A DNA stretch of 64,000 nt from Eledone cirrhosa (GCA_964016885.1 OZ024745.1:5270001-5334000), one strand, 5' to 3'; shown: positions 43,101 to 55,138, numbered from the stretch's first letter. Translations and numbers: made by a program. The notes: generated by a model not told the origin, from the sequence alone.

Positions 43101-43632
43101 ACCTATGGACAACTTCCAGAAGTCCCTGGCCTGGCAGTGCTACCGAGGGGCTTTACCCGTTCGAGAAAGGCTCTACAGACACGGGCGCCCGGGTAGGGAC
43201 CCCGCCAAAAAGATCTGTCCCAGATGCGTGTGCGACGAGGAAACCGTTGCACACGCATTAGTACACTGCTCGGGCGTAGCCGATCTGTGGGGCTATGTCG
43301 AACAACTGCTGTCAAGGGTGGGACCGATCCGGTTGACCACCGAGTCTATTGTAATGATCAAGCCGCCTCCCCCCTTCAAAGATGAAGCAGAGGTGGTGTT
43401 TCTGTGCGTAATAGCCATGGCGAAAGAGGTTGTATGGTGGACGCGTCTGAAAGGACTGAGGTCGGGCACCTTTCTCTCTGGCCAACAACTGGTCCGTTTC
43501 TTCCGATATCATTTCGGAAGAAGGATCAGGATGGAGAGAGAGGTGCTGCACCCCAGCCGTTTCTATGAAAGATGGGTGAAAGTGGCGAGAATGGCCCGTG
43601 TGAATGGGCCTTCACTCTACATCAGACTATAG
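40195..43632 (+). CDS. ORF2 polyprotein: APE endonuclease, reverse transcriptase and C-terminal CCHC-type zinc finger, 1145 aa from ATG 40195
   Basis: APE motifs [33 protein letters not shown]; L1/Tx1 linker GPGYWKLN; RT motifs [42 protein letters not shown]; KGGLG; CPRCx8Hx4C. No stop or frameshift. Confidence 0.96.
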   Translation: MAMLRVGCLNARGLGSTWKQAMLLNDLRSQRIDVMVICEARISNVRQLAPTFDDFEMHASLCQPGGGGGVVVLLQKHLGLATQMVHLDPEGRLVVLDLGSGKGGAFRLVAAYGPFGSMRPDFFHRLETFLGTSRSLLLVGDWNGILDARWDYVGACPDREGCNSLKGLIGRFDLADRYRLDFPTAPTWTWANRSGSSRSYLDRFLVRIKDKDFLSCPKMRMVGYSDHKLVTCMVNLDRTHRQGPGYWKLNLSLPASRAYRNRISTLVKERLTGAIVNSRWWVSLKREIRVVSIEFSKVLAADRNRKERELIDRVEEAIRSGDVARVLASRTALSQFFDAKHEGCVVRSKIRALGNEGTKAVSWARVTEANSGTKSTIRSLRDLDGRAILEPKQMCEAFQRHFARLFGRGGEPVGNVDFGPYLDGLPRLSDREAKSCEEPISAAEIEDVLSQCGKRKSPGLDGLPYELYLAMPDLFPDLLEAVYCNWQQNGRIPCTVTKGVVTLVRKDENKGDEISNFRPITLLNTELQILAKVLAKRLALVVGNLVGDAQTCAIPSRSIHDNLHLMRYIIERVGNESGFGGALINLDQSKAFDRVDHGYLDAVLAAAGFGPVFRGWITAMHSSRICSRVKVNGYLSEPFKIARSIRQGCPLSSLLYVLTLEPLLRKLELLQGIPLEPGLRKAVSAYADDVTVMVSTASEIEAVGTLLEEYEKFTGAKLNRDKSIGLQLGTWRGRPMPSDSVVGRWTEGPVKLLGVWFGPDLQVEKNWAEVTNRVFALTQKWASCKLSLKGRAEVANTYIASVIYYRLTVVPCPRETLTKMERALFQFLWKRRAPMVRRSICCQHPSKGGLGMPWLMMRKHALRLRHLYVFLTGQPVWASFVRRTFPRLVSLTELQSWVKQRPRKLGAWHTECAQALTALWQADPVISGDSTATFYRGLVRSRCDDALGEALDMEEDELASLFGRTFSPGPMDNFQKSLAWQCYRGALPVRERLYRHGRPGRDPAKKICPRCVCDEETVAHALVHCSGVADLWGYVEQLLSRVGPIRLTTESIVMIKPPPPFKDEAEVVFLCVIAMAKEVVWWTRLKGLRSGTFLSGQQLVRFFRYHFGRRIRMEREVLHPSRFYERWVKVARMARVNGPSLYIRL

Positions 43633-43885
43633 GTGAGGAAGATGAAAGACCAAAGGAGCACCCCTTCTCTGTGCTCCTGAGGAGAAGGGTTGCACACTTT
43701 TTTCGGGGGTGTGTGCGACCCCCCCAAGGCGCCTCCTCTCTATTGAGGATTTTGTTAAAAATTTTATTTTTTGTTATATCTTATTTTATTTTTATATTTT
43801 GTTATTGCCTCCTCCTTATTGAGGACGCCTTTTTGTGTAAACTCCCCCCCATTGTACTTGTCCCACTTTTGATGCCCTGGTGGCA

Positions 43886-43891
43886 AATAAA
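43886..43891 (+). terminator. Polyadenylation signal AATAAA at the element 3' end (equivalent at 39413-39418 in copy 1)
   Basis: Same position 5 nt before the 3' junction in both copies. Confidence 0.7.
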
Positions 43892-43896
43892 AGAAA

Positions 43897-44228
43897 TATA
43901 TCTATATCTCTCTCTCTATATATTTATATATATATCTATCTCTCTATATATCTATCTCTATATATATATCTATATCTCTCTCTCTATATATATCTATATA
44001 TCTGTCTCTCTCTCTCTCTATATATATATGTATATATATGTATATATATGTATATATATATATCTATATGTATATGTATATATATATATCTATATATCTA
44101 TCTCTCTCTCTATATATATCTATCTATCTCTCTCTCTCTATATATATATCTATATATCTCTCTCTCTATATATATATCTATCTCTATATATATATATCTC
44201 TATCTCTCTATATATATATCTATATATA

Positions 44229-44261
<33 letters not shown>

Positions 44262-44360
44262 CTATATGTATATCTATCTCTATATATCTATCTCTATATA
44301 TATATCTATATCTCTCTCTATATATATATCTATATATCTGTCTCTCTCTCTATATCACTC

Positions 44361-44433
<73 letters not shown>

Positions 44434-44556
44434 ATCTCTCTCTATATATATATCTCTCTATCTCTCTCTATATATCTATATATATCTATCTCTATATATC
44501 TATATATATCTATCTCTATATATCTATCTATCTCTCTCTCTCTATATATATATATA

Positions 44557-44591
<35 letters not shown>

Positions 44592-44611
44592 CTATCTCTC
44601 TCTATATATAT
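43897..44611. repeat. Compound (TA)n/(TC)n microsatellite, block 3
   Basis: Same composition; lies between Tx1 copies 2 and 3. Confidence 0.97.
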
Positions 44612-45559
44612 GTGAGGAAGGACGAGAACAAGGGGGACGATATAAATAATTTCAGGCCCATAACTCTGCTAAATACAGAGTTACAGATTTTGGCCAAGGT
44701 GCTAGCAAAGAGGTTGGCGCTTGTCGTGGGCAACCTGGTGGGAGATGCACAGACATGTACTATCCCATCCAGGTCCATCCACGACAACCTCCACCTCATG
44801 CGATACATCATAGAGAGGGTTGGGAACGAACCCGGCTTTGGTGGGGCCCTGATCAACTTGGATCAATCTAAGGCATCCGATAGGGTTGACCATGGTTACC
44901 TGGATGTGGTGCTAGCGGCGGCAGGCTTCGGACCCGTTTTCAGGGGCCGGATCAATGCCATGCACAGCAGCCGCATCTGCTCTAGGGTCAAGGTGAATGG
45001 CTACCTCTCGGAGCCGTTCGAAATCGCGCGGTCCATCCGACAGGGGTGCCCTCTCTCCTCCCTTCTCTATGTAATGACTCTAGAGCCACTGCTGCGGAAG
45101 TTGGAGTTGTTGCAGGGCATCCCGTTGGAACCGGGATTGCGGAAAGCGGTGTCAGCCTACGCCGACGACGTAACAGTAATGGTGTCGACGGCCTCGGAAA
45201 TCGGGGCGATCAGCACCTTACTGGAGGAGTACGAAAGGTTTACAGGGGCTAACCTGAACCGGGACAAGTCGATCGGTCTGCAACTCGGCACGTGGAGGGG
45301 CAGATCGATGCCCTCCGATGGCGTTGTTGGGCGCTGGACGGAGGGCCCGGTGAAGTTGCTCGGGGTCTGGTTCGGACCAGACCTCCAGGTGGAGAAGAAC
45401 TGGGGTGAGGTAACGAACAGGGTGTTTGCACTGACCCAGAAGTGGGCCGAGTGCAAACTGTCCCTGAAAGGTCGGGCAGAGGTGGCGAACACTTATATAG
45501 CGTCCGTCATCTACTACCGCCTGACCGTTGTGCCTTGCCCAAGGGAAACGCTCGCCAAA
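44612..45559 (+). mobile_element. L1/Tx1-clade retrotransposon, copy 3: internal RT-domain fragment lacking both termini
   Basis: 948 bp colinear without indels to 41704-42651 of copy 2 (VRKDENKG...PCPRETLAK). Includes QGCPLS and YADD, with KAFD changed to KASD and RGWI to RGRI. Confidence 0.94.
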
Positions 45560-45593
45560 TATATCTATCTCTCTATATATCTATCTCTATATA

Positions 45594-45642
<49 letters not shown>

Positions 45643-45661
45643 ATATATCTCTCTCTATATA

Positions 45662-45696
<35 letters not shown>

Positions 45697-45855
45697 CTGT
45701 ATATATATATCTATATATCCCTCTCTATATATATCTATTTCTATATATATATCTATATCTCTCTCTATATATATCTCTCTCTCTCTATCTCTCTATATAT
45801 CTATCTCTATATATATATATCTTTATCTCTCTATATATATCTCTCTCTCTCTATA

Positions 45856-45887
<32 letters not shown>

Positions 45888-45927
45888 TCTCTATATATGT
45901 ATATCTATCTCTATATATCTATCTATA

Positions 45928-45966
<39 letters not shown>

Positions 45967-46123
45967 CTATATATCTATCTCTATATATATATCTATATCT
46001 CTCTCTATATATATATCTATATATATCTATCTCTATATATATATCTATATCTCTCTCTATATATATATCTATATATCTATCTCTATATATCTATCTCTCT
46101 CTATATATATCTATCTATATATA

Positions 46124-46156
<33 letters not shown>

Positions 46157-46167
46157 CTGTATATCTA
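45560..46167. repeat. Compound (TA)n/(TC)n microsatellite, block 4
   Basis: Same composition; fades into unique AT-rich DNA at ~46170. Confidence 0.97.
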
Positions 46168-46339
46168 TTCATCTATTAATTATTTATTCAGTAATTATTT
46201 CACTGAGACATTCCCCACAACATATTATTGTCTTATTTAATTGAATCTCAAGATATACTTTCATTTAGTTCCGTCTTGTGCGACACTACTGCCAACTGTA
46301 TTCTCAACATCTTCATATTTATTTTACTATATTTTAGAT

Positions 46340-46730
46340 TTATATATTATATATTTTATATGTTATATAAATATTATATATTTTATATGTTATATAAATA
46401 TTATATATTTTATATGTTATATAAATATTATATATATTATATATGTTATATATATATCATATATATTTTATATGTTATATATATATTACATATATTTTAT
46501 ATGTTATATATATATTATATATTTTATATGTTATATATATATTATATATTTATATGTTATATATATATCATATATATTTTATATCTTATATATATATCAT
46601 ATATATTTTATATTTTTATATTATATATATTATATATTTTATATATTTTATATATTTTATATGTTATATATATATTATATATATTTTATATGTTATATGT
46701 ATATATTATATATTTTATGTTATATATTTT
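46340..46730. repeat. AT-rich ~27-bp minisatellite (TATATTTTATATGTTATATAAATATTA)
   Basis: 27-bp period visible directly and as 9-aa repeats (YYIFYMLYK) in the ORF track. Confidence 0.85.
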
Positions 46731-46803
46731 TACAAATACTTCATCTCCATATTATATTTATATTCATGTTTTGCTCTAGCCAGGCAATTCTTTTCACACA
46801 CTT

Positions 46804-47032
46804 CCACTACAGTCACACTCCAACTACTACTCACACTCGAACTACTACACACACTCCAATTACTACTCATACTCCAACTACTACACACATTTCAACTACA
46901 CTCACACTCCAACTACACTCACACTCCAACTACTACACACACTCCAACTACACTCACACTCCAACTACACACACTCCAACTACACTCACTCTCCAACTAG
47001 ACTCACACTCCAACTACACTTACACTCCAACT
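46804..47032. repeat. CA-rich minisatellite, ~17-21-bp units (CACTCCAACTACACTCA)
   Basis: Repeated CACTCCAACTA core. Confidence 0.85.
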
Positions 47033-47280
47033 AAGATGGTTTCCATTAAACATTAAGCCACTCATGAAATATAGTATAACATCAGAAATATTGAAATTAC
47101 AAACATTTCTGTTTTGTTTTCAAATAACATTTTTGTCATATTTAAATATGAGAGGGGAGAGGGATAATGGGGAGTCCGGGGGGGTTGGGGGGGTTGAGGA
47201 GGATTCTTTCAATAATTTCAAAATAGATTGGCATTGTTGTGAGAATTTAGAGACAGAAACAATAAGGTAGTGAATGGTAA

Positions 47281-50200
47281 GATATTTAGTACTAGTTAGT
47301 TACAAGACTGTCATTTCTATATTTGGTAGTGGTTAGTTACAAGCCTGTCACTTCTATATTTAGTAGTGGTTAGTTACAAGACAGTCACATCTATATTTGG
47401 TAGTGGTTAGTTAGTTACAAGACTGTCACTTCTATATTTGGTACTGGTTAGTTAGTTACAAGACTGTCACTTCTATATTTAGTACTGGTTAGTTACAAGA
47501 CAGTCACATCTATATTTGGTAGTGGTTAGTTAGTTACAAGACTGTCAATTCTATATTTGGTACTGGTTAGTTAGTTACAAGACTGTCACTTCTATATTTA
47601 GTACTGGTTAGTTACAATACTGTCACTTCTATATTTGGTACTGGTTAGTTACAAGACTGTCACTGCTATATTTGGTACTGGTTAGTTACAAGACTGTCAC
47701 TTCTATATTTAGTACAGGTTAGTTACAAGACTGTCACTTCTATATTTGGTAGTCGTTAGTTAGTTACAAGACTGTCACTTCTATATTTGGTACTGGTTAG
47801 TTACAAGACTGTCACTTCTATATTTGGTACTGGTTAGTTACAAGACTGTCACTTCTATATTTGGTAGTGGTTAGTTAGTTACAAGACTGTCACTTCTATA
47901 TTTGGTACTGGTTAGTTACAAGACTGTCACTTCTATATTTGGTACTGGTTAGTTAGTTACAAGACTGTCACTTCTATATTTGGTAGTGGTTAGTTACAAG
48001 AATGTCACTTCTATATTTGGTAGTGGTTAGTTAGTTACAAGACTGTCACTTCTATGTTTGGTAGTGGTTAGTTACAAGACAGTCACTTCTATATTTGGTA
48101 GTGGTTGGTTACAAGACTGTCACTTCTATATCTGGTAGTGGTTAGTTACAACACTGTCACTTCTATATTATGTAGTGGTTAGTTACAAGACTATCACTTC
48201 TATATTTGGTAGTGGTTAGTTACAAGACTGTCACTTCTATATTTGGTAGTGGTTAGTTACAAGACTGTCACTTCTATATTTGGTACTGTTTAGTTACAAG
48301 ACAGTCACTTCTATATTTGGTAGTGGTTAGTTAGTTACAAGACTGTCACTTCTATATTTGGTAGTTGTTGGTTAAAAGACTGTCAGTTCCATATTTGGTA
48401 GTGGTTAGTTAGTTACAAGACTGTCACTTCTATATTTGGTAGTTGTTAGTTACAAGACTGTCAGTTCTATATTTGGTAGTGGTTAGTTAGTTACAAGACT
48501 GTCACTTCTATATTTGGTAGTTGTTAGTTAAAAGACTGTCAGTTCCATATTTGGTAGTGGTTAGTTACAAGACTGTCACTTCTATATTTGGTACTGTTTA
48601 GTTACAAGACAGTCACTTCTATATTTGGTAGTGGTTAGTTAGTTACAAGACTGTCACTTCTATATCTGGTAGTGGTTAGTTACAACACTGTCACTTCTAT
48701 ATTAGGTAGTGGTTAGTTACAAGACTATCACTTCTATATTTGGTAGTGGTTAGTTACAAGACTGTCACTTCTATATTTGGTAGTGGTTAGTTACAAGACT
48801 GTCACTTCTATATTTGGTACTGTTTAGTTACAAGACAGTCACTTCTATATTTGGTAGTGGTTAGTTAGTTACAAGACTGTCACTTCTATATTTGGTAGTT
48901 GTTAGTTAAAAGACTGTCAGTTCCATATTTGGTAGTGGTTAGTTAGTTACAAGACTGTCACTTCTATATTTGGTAGTGGTTAGTTACAAGACTGTCACTT
49001 CTATATTTGGTAGTGGTTAGTTACAAGACTGTCACTTCTATATTTGGTAGTGGTTAGTTACAAGACTGTCACTTCTATATTTGGTAGTGGTTAGTTACAA
49101 GACTGTCACTTCTATATTTGGTAGCGGTTAGTTACAAGACTGTCACTTCTATATTTGGTAGTGGTTAGTTAGTTACAAGACTGTCACTTCTATATTTGGT
49201 AGTGGTTAGTTAGATACGAGACTGTCACTTCTATATTTGGTAGTGGTTAGTTAGTTACAAGACTGTCACTTCTATATTTGGTAGTGGTTAGTTAGTTACA
49301 AGACTGTCACTTCTATATTTGGTAGTGGTTAGTTACAAGACTGTCACTTCTATATTTGGGAGTGGTTAGTTACATGACTGTCACTTCTATATTTGGTACT
49401 GGTTAGTTACAAGACTGTCACTTCTATATTGGGTACTGGTTAGTCACAACACTGTCACTTCTATATTTGGTAGTGGTTAGTTAGTTACAAGACTGTCACT
49501 TCTATATTTGGTACTGTTTAGTTACAAGACTGCCACTTCTATATTTGGTAGTGGTTAGTTAGTTACAAGACTGTCACTTCTATATTTGGTACAGGTCAGT
49601 TACAAGACTGTCACTTTTATATTTGGTAGTGGTTAGTTACAAGACTGTCAGTTCCATATTTGGTAGTGGTTAGTTAGTTACAAGACTGTCACTTCTATAT
49701 TTGGTAGTGGTTAGTTACAAGACTCTCACTTCTATATTTGGTAGTGGTTAGTTACAAGACTGTCACTTCTATATTTAGTAGTGCTTAGTTACAAGACTGT
49801 CACTTCTATATTTGGTAGTGGTTAGTTACAAGACTGTCACTTCTGTTTTTGGTAGTGGTTAGTTAGTTACAAGACTGTCACTTCTATATTTGGTAGTGGT
49901 TAGTTACAAGACTGTCACTTTTATATTTGGTAGTGGTTAGTTACAAGACTGTCACTTCTATATTTGGTAGTGGTTAGTTACAAGACTGTCACTTCTATAT
50001 TTAGTAGTGGTTAGTTAGTTACAAGACTGTCACTTCTATATTTGGTAGTGGTTAGTTACAAGACTGTCACTTCTATATTTGGTAGTGGTTAGTTACAAGA
50101 CTGTCACTTCTATATTTGGTAGTGGTTAGTTACAAGACTGTCACTTCGATATTTGGTAGTGCTTAGTTACAAGACTGTCACTTCTGTTTTTGGTAGTGGT

Positions 50201-53200
50201 TAGTTAGTTACAAGACTGTCACTTCTATATCCGGTAGTGGTTAGTTAAAAGACTGTCACTTCTATATTTGGTAGTGCTTAGTTACAAGACTGTCACTTCT
50301 ATTTTTGGTAGTGCTTAGTTACAAGACTGTCACTTCTATATTTGGTGGGGCTTAGTTACAAGACTGTCACTTCTGTTTTGGTAGTGGTTAGTTAGTTACA
50401 AGACTGTCACTTCTATATCTGGTAGTGGTTAGTTACAAGACTGTCACTTCTATATTTAGTAGTGGTTAGTTACAAGACTGTCACTTCTATATTTGGTAGT
50501 GGTTAGTTACAAGACTGTCACTTCTATTTTTGGTAGTGGTTAGTTACAAGGCTGTCACTTTTATATTTGGTACTGGTTAGTTACAAGACTGTAACTTCTA
50601 TATTTGGTAGTGGTTAGTTACAAGACTGTCACTTCTATTTTTGGTAGTGGTTAGTTACAAGACCGTCACTTCTATATTTGATAGTGGTTAGTTACAAGAC
50701 TGTCACTTCTATTTTTTGTAGTGGTTAGTTACAAGACTGTCACTTCTATATTTGGTAGTGGTTAGTTACAAGACAGTCACTTCTATATTTGGTAGTGGTT
50801 GGTTACAAGACTGTCACTTCTATATCTGGTAGTGGTTAGTTACAACACTGTCACTTCTATATTAGGTAGTGGTTAGTTACAAGACTATCACTTCTATATT
50901 TGGTAGTGGTTAGTTACAAGACTGTCACTTCTATATTTGGTAGTGGTTAGTTACAAGACTGTCACTTCTATATTTGGTACTGTTTAGTTACAAGACAGTC
51001 ACTTCTATATTTGGTAGTGGTTAGTTAGTTACAAGACTGTCACTTCTATATTTGGTAGTTGTTAGTTAAAAGACTGTCAGTTCCATATTTGGTAGTGGTT
51101 AGTTAGTTACAAGACTGTCAGTTCTATATTTGGTAGTTGTTAGTTACAAGACTGTCAGTTCTATATTTGGTAGTGGTTAGTTAGTTACAAGACTGTTACT
51201 TCTATATTTGGTAGTTGTTAGTTACAAGATGTCAGTTCCATATTTGGTAGTGGTTAGTTAGTTACAAGACTGTCACTTCTATATTTGGTAGTGGTTAGTT
51301 ACAAGACTGTCACTTCTATATTTGGTAGTGGTTAGTTACAAGACTGTCACTTCTATATTTGGTAGTGGTTAGTTACAAGATTGTCACTTCTATATTTGGT
51401 AGCGGTTAGTTACAAGACTGTCACTTCTATATTTGGTAGTGGTTAGTTAGTTACAAGACTGTCACTTCTATATTTGGTAGTGGTTAGTTAGTTACGAGAC
51501 TGTCACTTCTATATTTGGTAGTGGTTAGTTAGTTACAAGACTGTCACTTCTATATTTGGTAGTGGTTAGTTAGTTACAAGACTGTCACTTCTATATTTGG
51601 TAGTGGTTAGTTACAAGACTGTCACTTCTATCTTTGGGAGTGGTTAGTTACAAGACTGTCACTTCTATATTTGGTACTGGTTAGTTACAAGACTGTCACT
51701 TCTATATTGGGTACTGGTTAGTTACAACACTGTCACTTCTATATTTGGTAGTGGTTAGTTAGTTACAAGACTGTCACTTCTATATTTGGTACTGTTTAGT
51801 TACAAGACTGCCACTTCTATATTTGGTAGTGGTTAGTTAGTTACAAGACTGTCACTTCTATATTTGGTACAGGTCAGTTACAAGACTGTCACTTCTATAT
51901 TTGGTAGTGGTTAGTTACAAGACTGTCAGTTCCATATTTGGTAGTGGTTAGTTAGTTACAAGACTGTCACTTCTATATTTGGTAGTGGTTAGTTACAAGA
52001 CTGTCACTTCTATATTTAGTAGTGCTTAGTTACAAGACTGTCACTTCTATATTTGGTAGTGGTTAGTTACAAGACTGCCACTTCTGTTTTTGGTAGTGGT
52101 TAGTTAGTTACAAGACTGTCACTTCTATATTTGGTAGTGGTTAGTTACAAGACTGTCACTTTTATATTTGGTAGTGGTTAGTTACAAGACTGTCACTTCT
52201 ATATTTGGTAGTGGTTAGTTACAAGACTGTCACTTCTATATTTGGTAGTGGTTAGTTACAAGACTGTCACTTCTATATTTGGTAGTGGTTAGTTAGTTAC
52301 AAGACTGTCACTTCTATATTTGGTAGTGGTTAGTTACAAGACTGTCACTTCTATATTTGGTAGTGGTTAGTTACAAGACTGTCACTTCTATATTTGGTAG
52401 TGGTTAGTTACAAGACTGTCACTTCTATATTTGATAGTGGTTAGTTACAAGACTGTCACTTCTATATTTGGTACAGGTCAGTTACAAGACTGTCACTTCT
52501 ATATTTGGTAGTGGTTAGTTACAAGACTGTCACTTCTATTTTTGGTAGTGGTTAGTTACAAGACTGTCACTTCTATATTTGGGAGTGGTTAGTTACAAGA
52601 CTGTCACTTCTATATTTGGGAGTGGTTAGTTACAAGACTGTCACTTCTATTTTTGGTAGTGGTTAGTTACAAGACTGTCACTTCTATATTTGGTAGTGGT
52701 TAGTTAGTTACAAGACTGTCACTTCTATATTCGGTAGTGTTTAGTTACAAGACTGTCATTTCTATATTTGGTATTGGTTAGTTACAAGACTGCCACTTCT
52801 ATATTTGGTAGTGGTTAGTTAGTTACTAGACTGTCACTTCTATATTTGGTTGTGGTTAGTTACAAGACTGTCAGTTCCATATTTGGTAGTGGTTAGTTAG
52901 TTACAAGACTATCACTTCTATATTTGGTACTGGTTAGTTACAAGACTGTCACTTCTATATTTGGTAGTGGTTAGTTAGTTACAAGACTGTCACTTCTATA
53001 TTCGGTAGTGTTTAGTTACAAGACTGTCACTTCTATATCTGGTAGTGGTTAGTTACAAGACTGTCACTTCTATATTTGGTAATGGTTAGTTACAAGACTA
53101 TCACTTCTATATTTGGTAGTGGTTAGTTAGTTACAAGACTGTCACTTCTATATCTGGTAGTGGGTAGTTACAAGACTGTCACTTCTATATTTCGTAGTGG

Positions 53201-55021
53201 TTACTTAGTTACAAGACTGTCACTGCTATATTTGGTACTAGTTAGTTACAACTCTGTCACTTCTATATTTGGTACTGGTTAGTTAGTTACAAGACTGTCA
53301 CTTCTATATTTGGTAGTGGTTAGTTACAAGACTGTCACTTCTATATTTGGTAGTGGTTAGTTACAAGACTGTCACTTCTATATTTGATAGTGGTTAGTTA
53401 CAAGACTGTCACTTCTATATTTGGTAGAGGTCAGTTACAAGACTGTCACTTCTATATTTGGTAGTGGTTAGTTACAAGACTGTCACTTCTATTTTTGGTA
53501 GTGGTTAGTTACAAGACTGTCACTTCTATATTTGGTACAGGTCAGTTACAAGACTGTCTCTTCTATATTTGGTAGTGGTTAGTTACAAGACTGTCACTTC
53601 TACATTTGGGAGTGGTTAGTTACAAGACTGTCACTTCTATATTTTGGAGTGGTTAGTTACAAGACTGTCACTTCTATATTTGGGAGTGGTTAGTTACAAG
53701 ACTGTCACTTCTATATTTGGGAATGGTTAGTTACAAGACTGTCACTTCTATATTTGGGAGGGGTTAGTTACAAGACTGTCACTTCTATTTTTGGTAGTGG
53801 TTAGTTACAAGACTGTCACTTCTATATTTGTTAGTGGTTAGTTACAAGACTGTCACTTCTATATTTGGTAGTGGTTAGTTACAAGAATGTCACTTCTATA
53901 TTTGGTAGTGGTTAGCTTCAAGACTGTCACTTCTATATTTGGTAGTGGTTAGTTACAAGACTGTCACTTCTATATTTGGTAGTGGTTAGTTACAAGACTG
54001 TCACTTCTATATCTGGTAGTGGGTAGTTACAAGACTGTCACTTCTATATCTGGTAGTGGTTAGTTTCAAGACTATCACTTCTATATTTGGTAATGGTTAG
54101 TTACAAGACTATCACTTCTATATTTGGTAATGGTTAGTTACAAGAATGTCACTTCTATATTTGGTAGTGGTTAGTTAGTTACAATACTGTCACTTCTATA
54201 TTTCGTAGTGGTTACTTAGTTACAAGACTGTCACTGCTATATTTGGTACTAGTTAGTTACAAGACTGTCACTTCTATGTTTGGTAGTGGTTAGTTAGTTA
54301 CAAGACTGTCACTTCTATATTTGGTAGTGGTTAGTTACAAGACTGTCACTTCTATATTTGGTAGTGGTTAGTTACAAGACTGTCACTTCTATATTTGATA
54401 GTGGTTAGTTACAAGACTGTCACTTCTATATTTGGTACAGGTCAGTTACAAGACTGTCACTTCTATATTTGGTAGTGGTTAGTTACAAGACTGTCACTTC
54501 TATTTTTGGTAGTGGTTAGTTACAAGACTGTCACTTCTATATTTGAGAGTGGTTAGTTACAAGACTGTCACTTCTATATTTGGGAGTGGTTAGTTACAAG
54601 ACTGTCACTTCTAATTTTGGTAGTGGTTAGTTACAAGACTGTCACTTCTATATTTGGTAGTGGTTAGTTACAAGACTGTCACTTCTATATTTGGTAGTGG
54701 TTAGTTACAAGAATGTCACTTCTATATCTGGTAGTGGTTAGTTTCAAGACTATCACTTCTATATTTGGTAATGGTTAGTTACAAGAATGTCACTTCTATA
54801 TTTGGTAGTGGTTAGTTAGTTACAAGACTGTCACTGCTATATTTGGTACTAGTTAGTTACAAGACTGTCACTTCTATATTTGGTACTGGTTAGTTAGTTA
54901 CAAGACTGTCACTTCTATGTTTGGTAGTGGTTAGTTAGTTACAAGACTGTCACTTCTATATCTGGTAGTGGTTTGTTACAAGACTGTCACTCATATATTT
55001 GTTACTGGTTAGTTAGTTACA
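47281..55021. repeat. 37/41-bp tandem satellite, consensus TAGTTACAAGACTGTCACTTCTATATTTGGTAGTGGT with or without one extra TTAG
   Basis: 37-bp period (e.g. CTTC at 48961 and 48998); 41-bp variant monomers are interspersed; ~7.7 kb, no spacers. Confidence 0.98.
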
Positions 55022-55138
55022 AATGATTGTGCCTCAAAAATGGAAATTGTTGATGCTAGAGTGGAAAGGAGTAACAAGTTTTATAGTATCCTATGATTTA
55101 CTTTCTACCTCAAACTAGTGAATTATATGAACATATTG

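Larger units (their letters stand above)
39691..43896 (+). mobile_element. L1/Tx1-clade non-LTR retrotransposon, copy 2 (truncated in putative ORF1; complete ORF2 and 3' UTR)
   Basis: Bounded on both sides by TA/TC microsatellite; contains the full APE-RT ORF, a ~260-bp 3' UTR, AATAAA at 43886-43891 and terminal AAGAAA. Confidence 0.95.

Noticed and set aside
38114-43896. LTR retrotransposon (1.3-kb direct repeats at both ends) or Penelope-type tandem
   Set aside because: The repeats are the ORF2 C-terminus plus 3' UTR of two separate non-LTR copies with microsatellite between them; no TG..CA ends, PBS or integrase, and the copies are diverged.
40011-45492. Short overlapping and antisense ORFs within the Tx1 copies
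   Set aside because: Shadow frames of a GC-rich coding sequence with no recognisable motifs.
38100-45575. Exact target-site duplications for the Tx1 copies
   Set aside because: Flanks are low-complexity TA/TC, so any short match is uninformative; no TSD length is claimed.
37081-47056. Long Y/I/S/L-rich ORFs (37081-38295, 43880-46240, 45442-46179, 46241-47056) suggesting membrane proteins or an RT fusion protein
   Set aside because: TA/TC and AT-rich repeats lack stop codons; the 786-aa ORF is microsatellite read-through across Tx1 copy 3.
47281-55021. CRISPR array (37-bp repeats containing GTTACAAGAC)
   Set aside because: Repeats are head-to-tail with no unique spacers, no cas genes, and a eukaryotic context.
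1-55021. Telomeric repeats (TAGG and TTAG motifs in both satellites)
   Set aside because: No tandem TTAGGG or TTAGG runs; the motifs are only parts of longer monomers.
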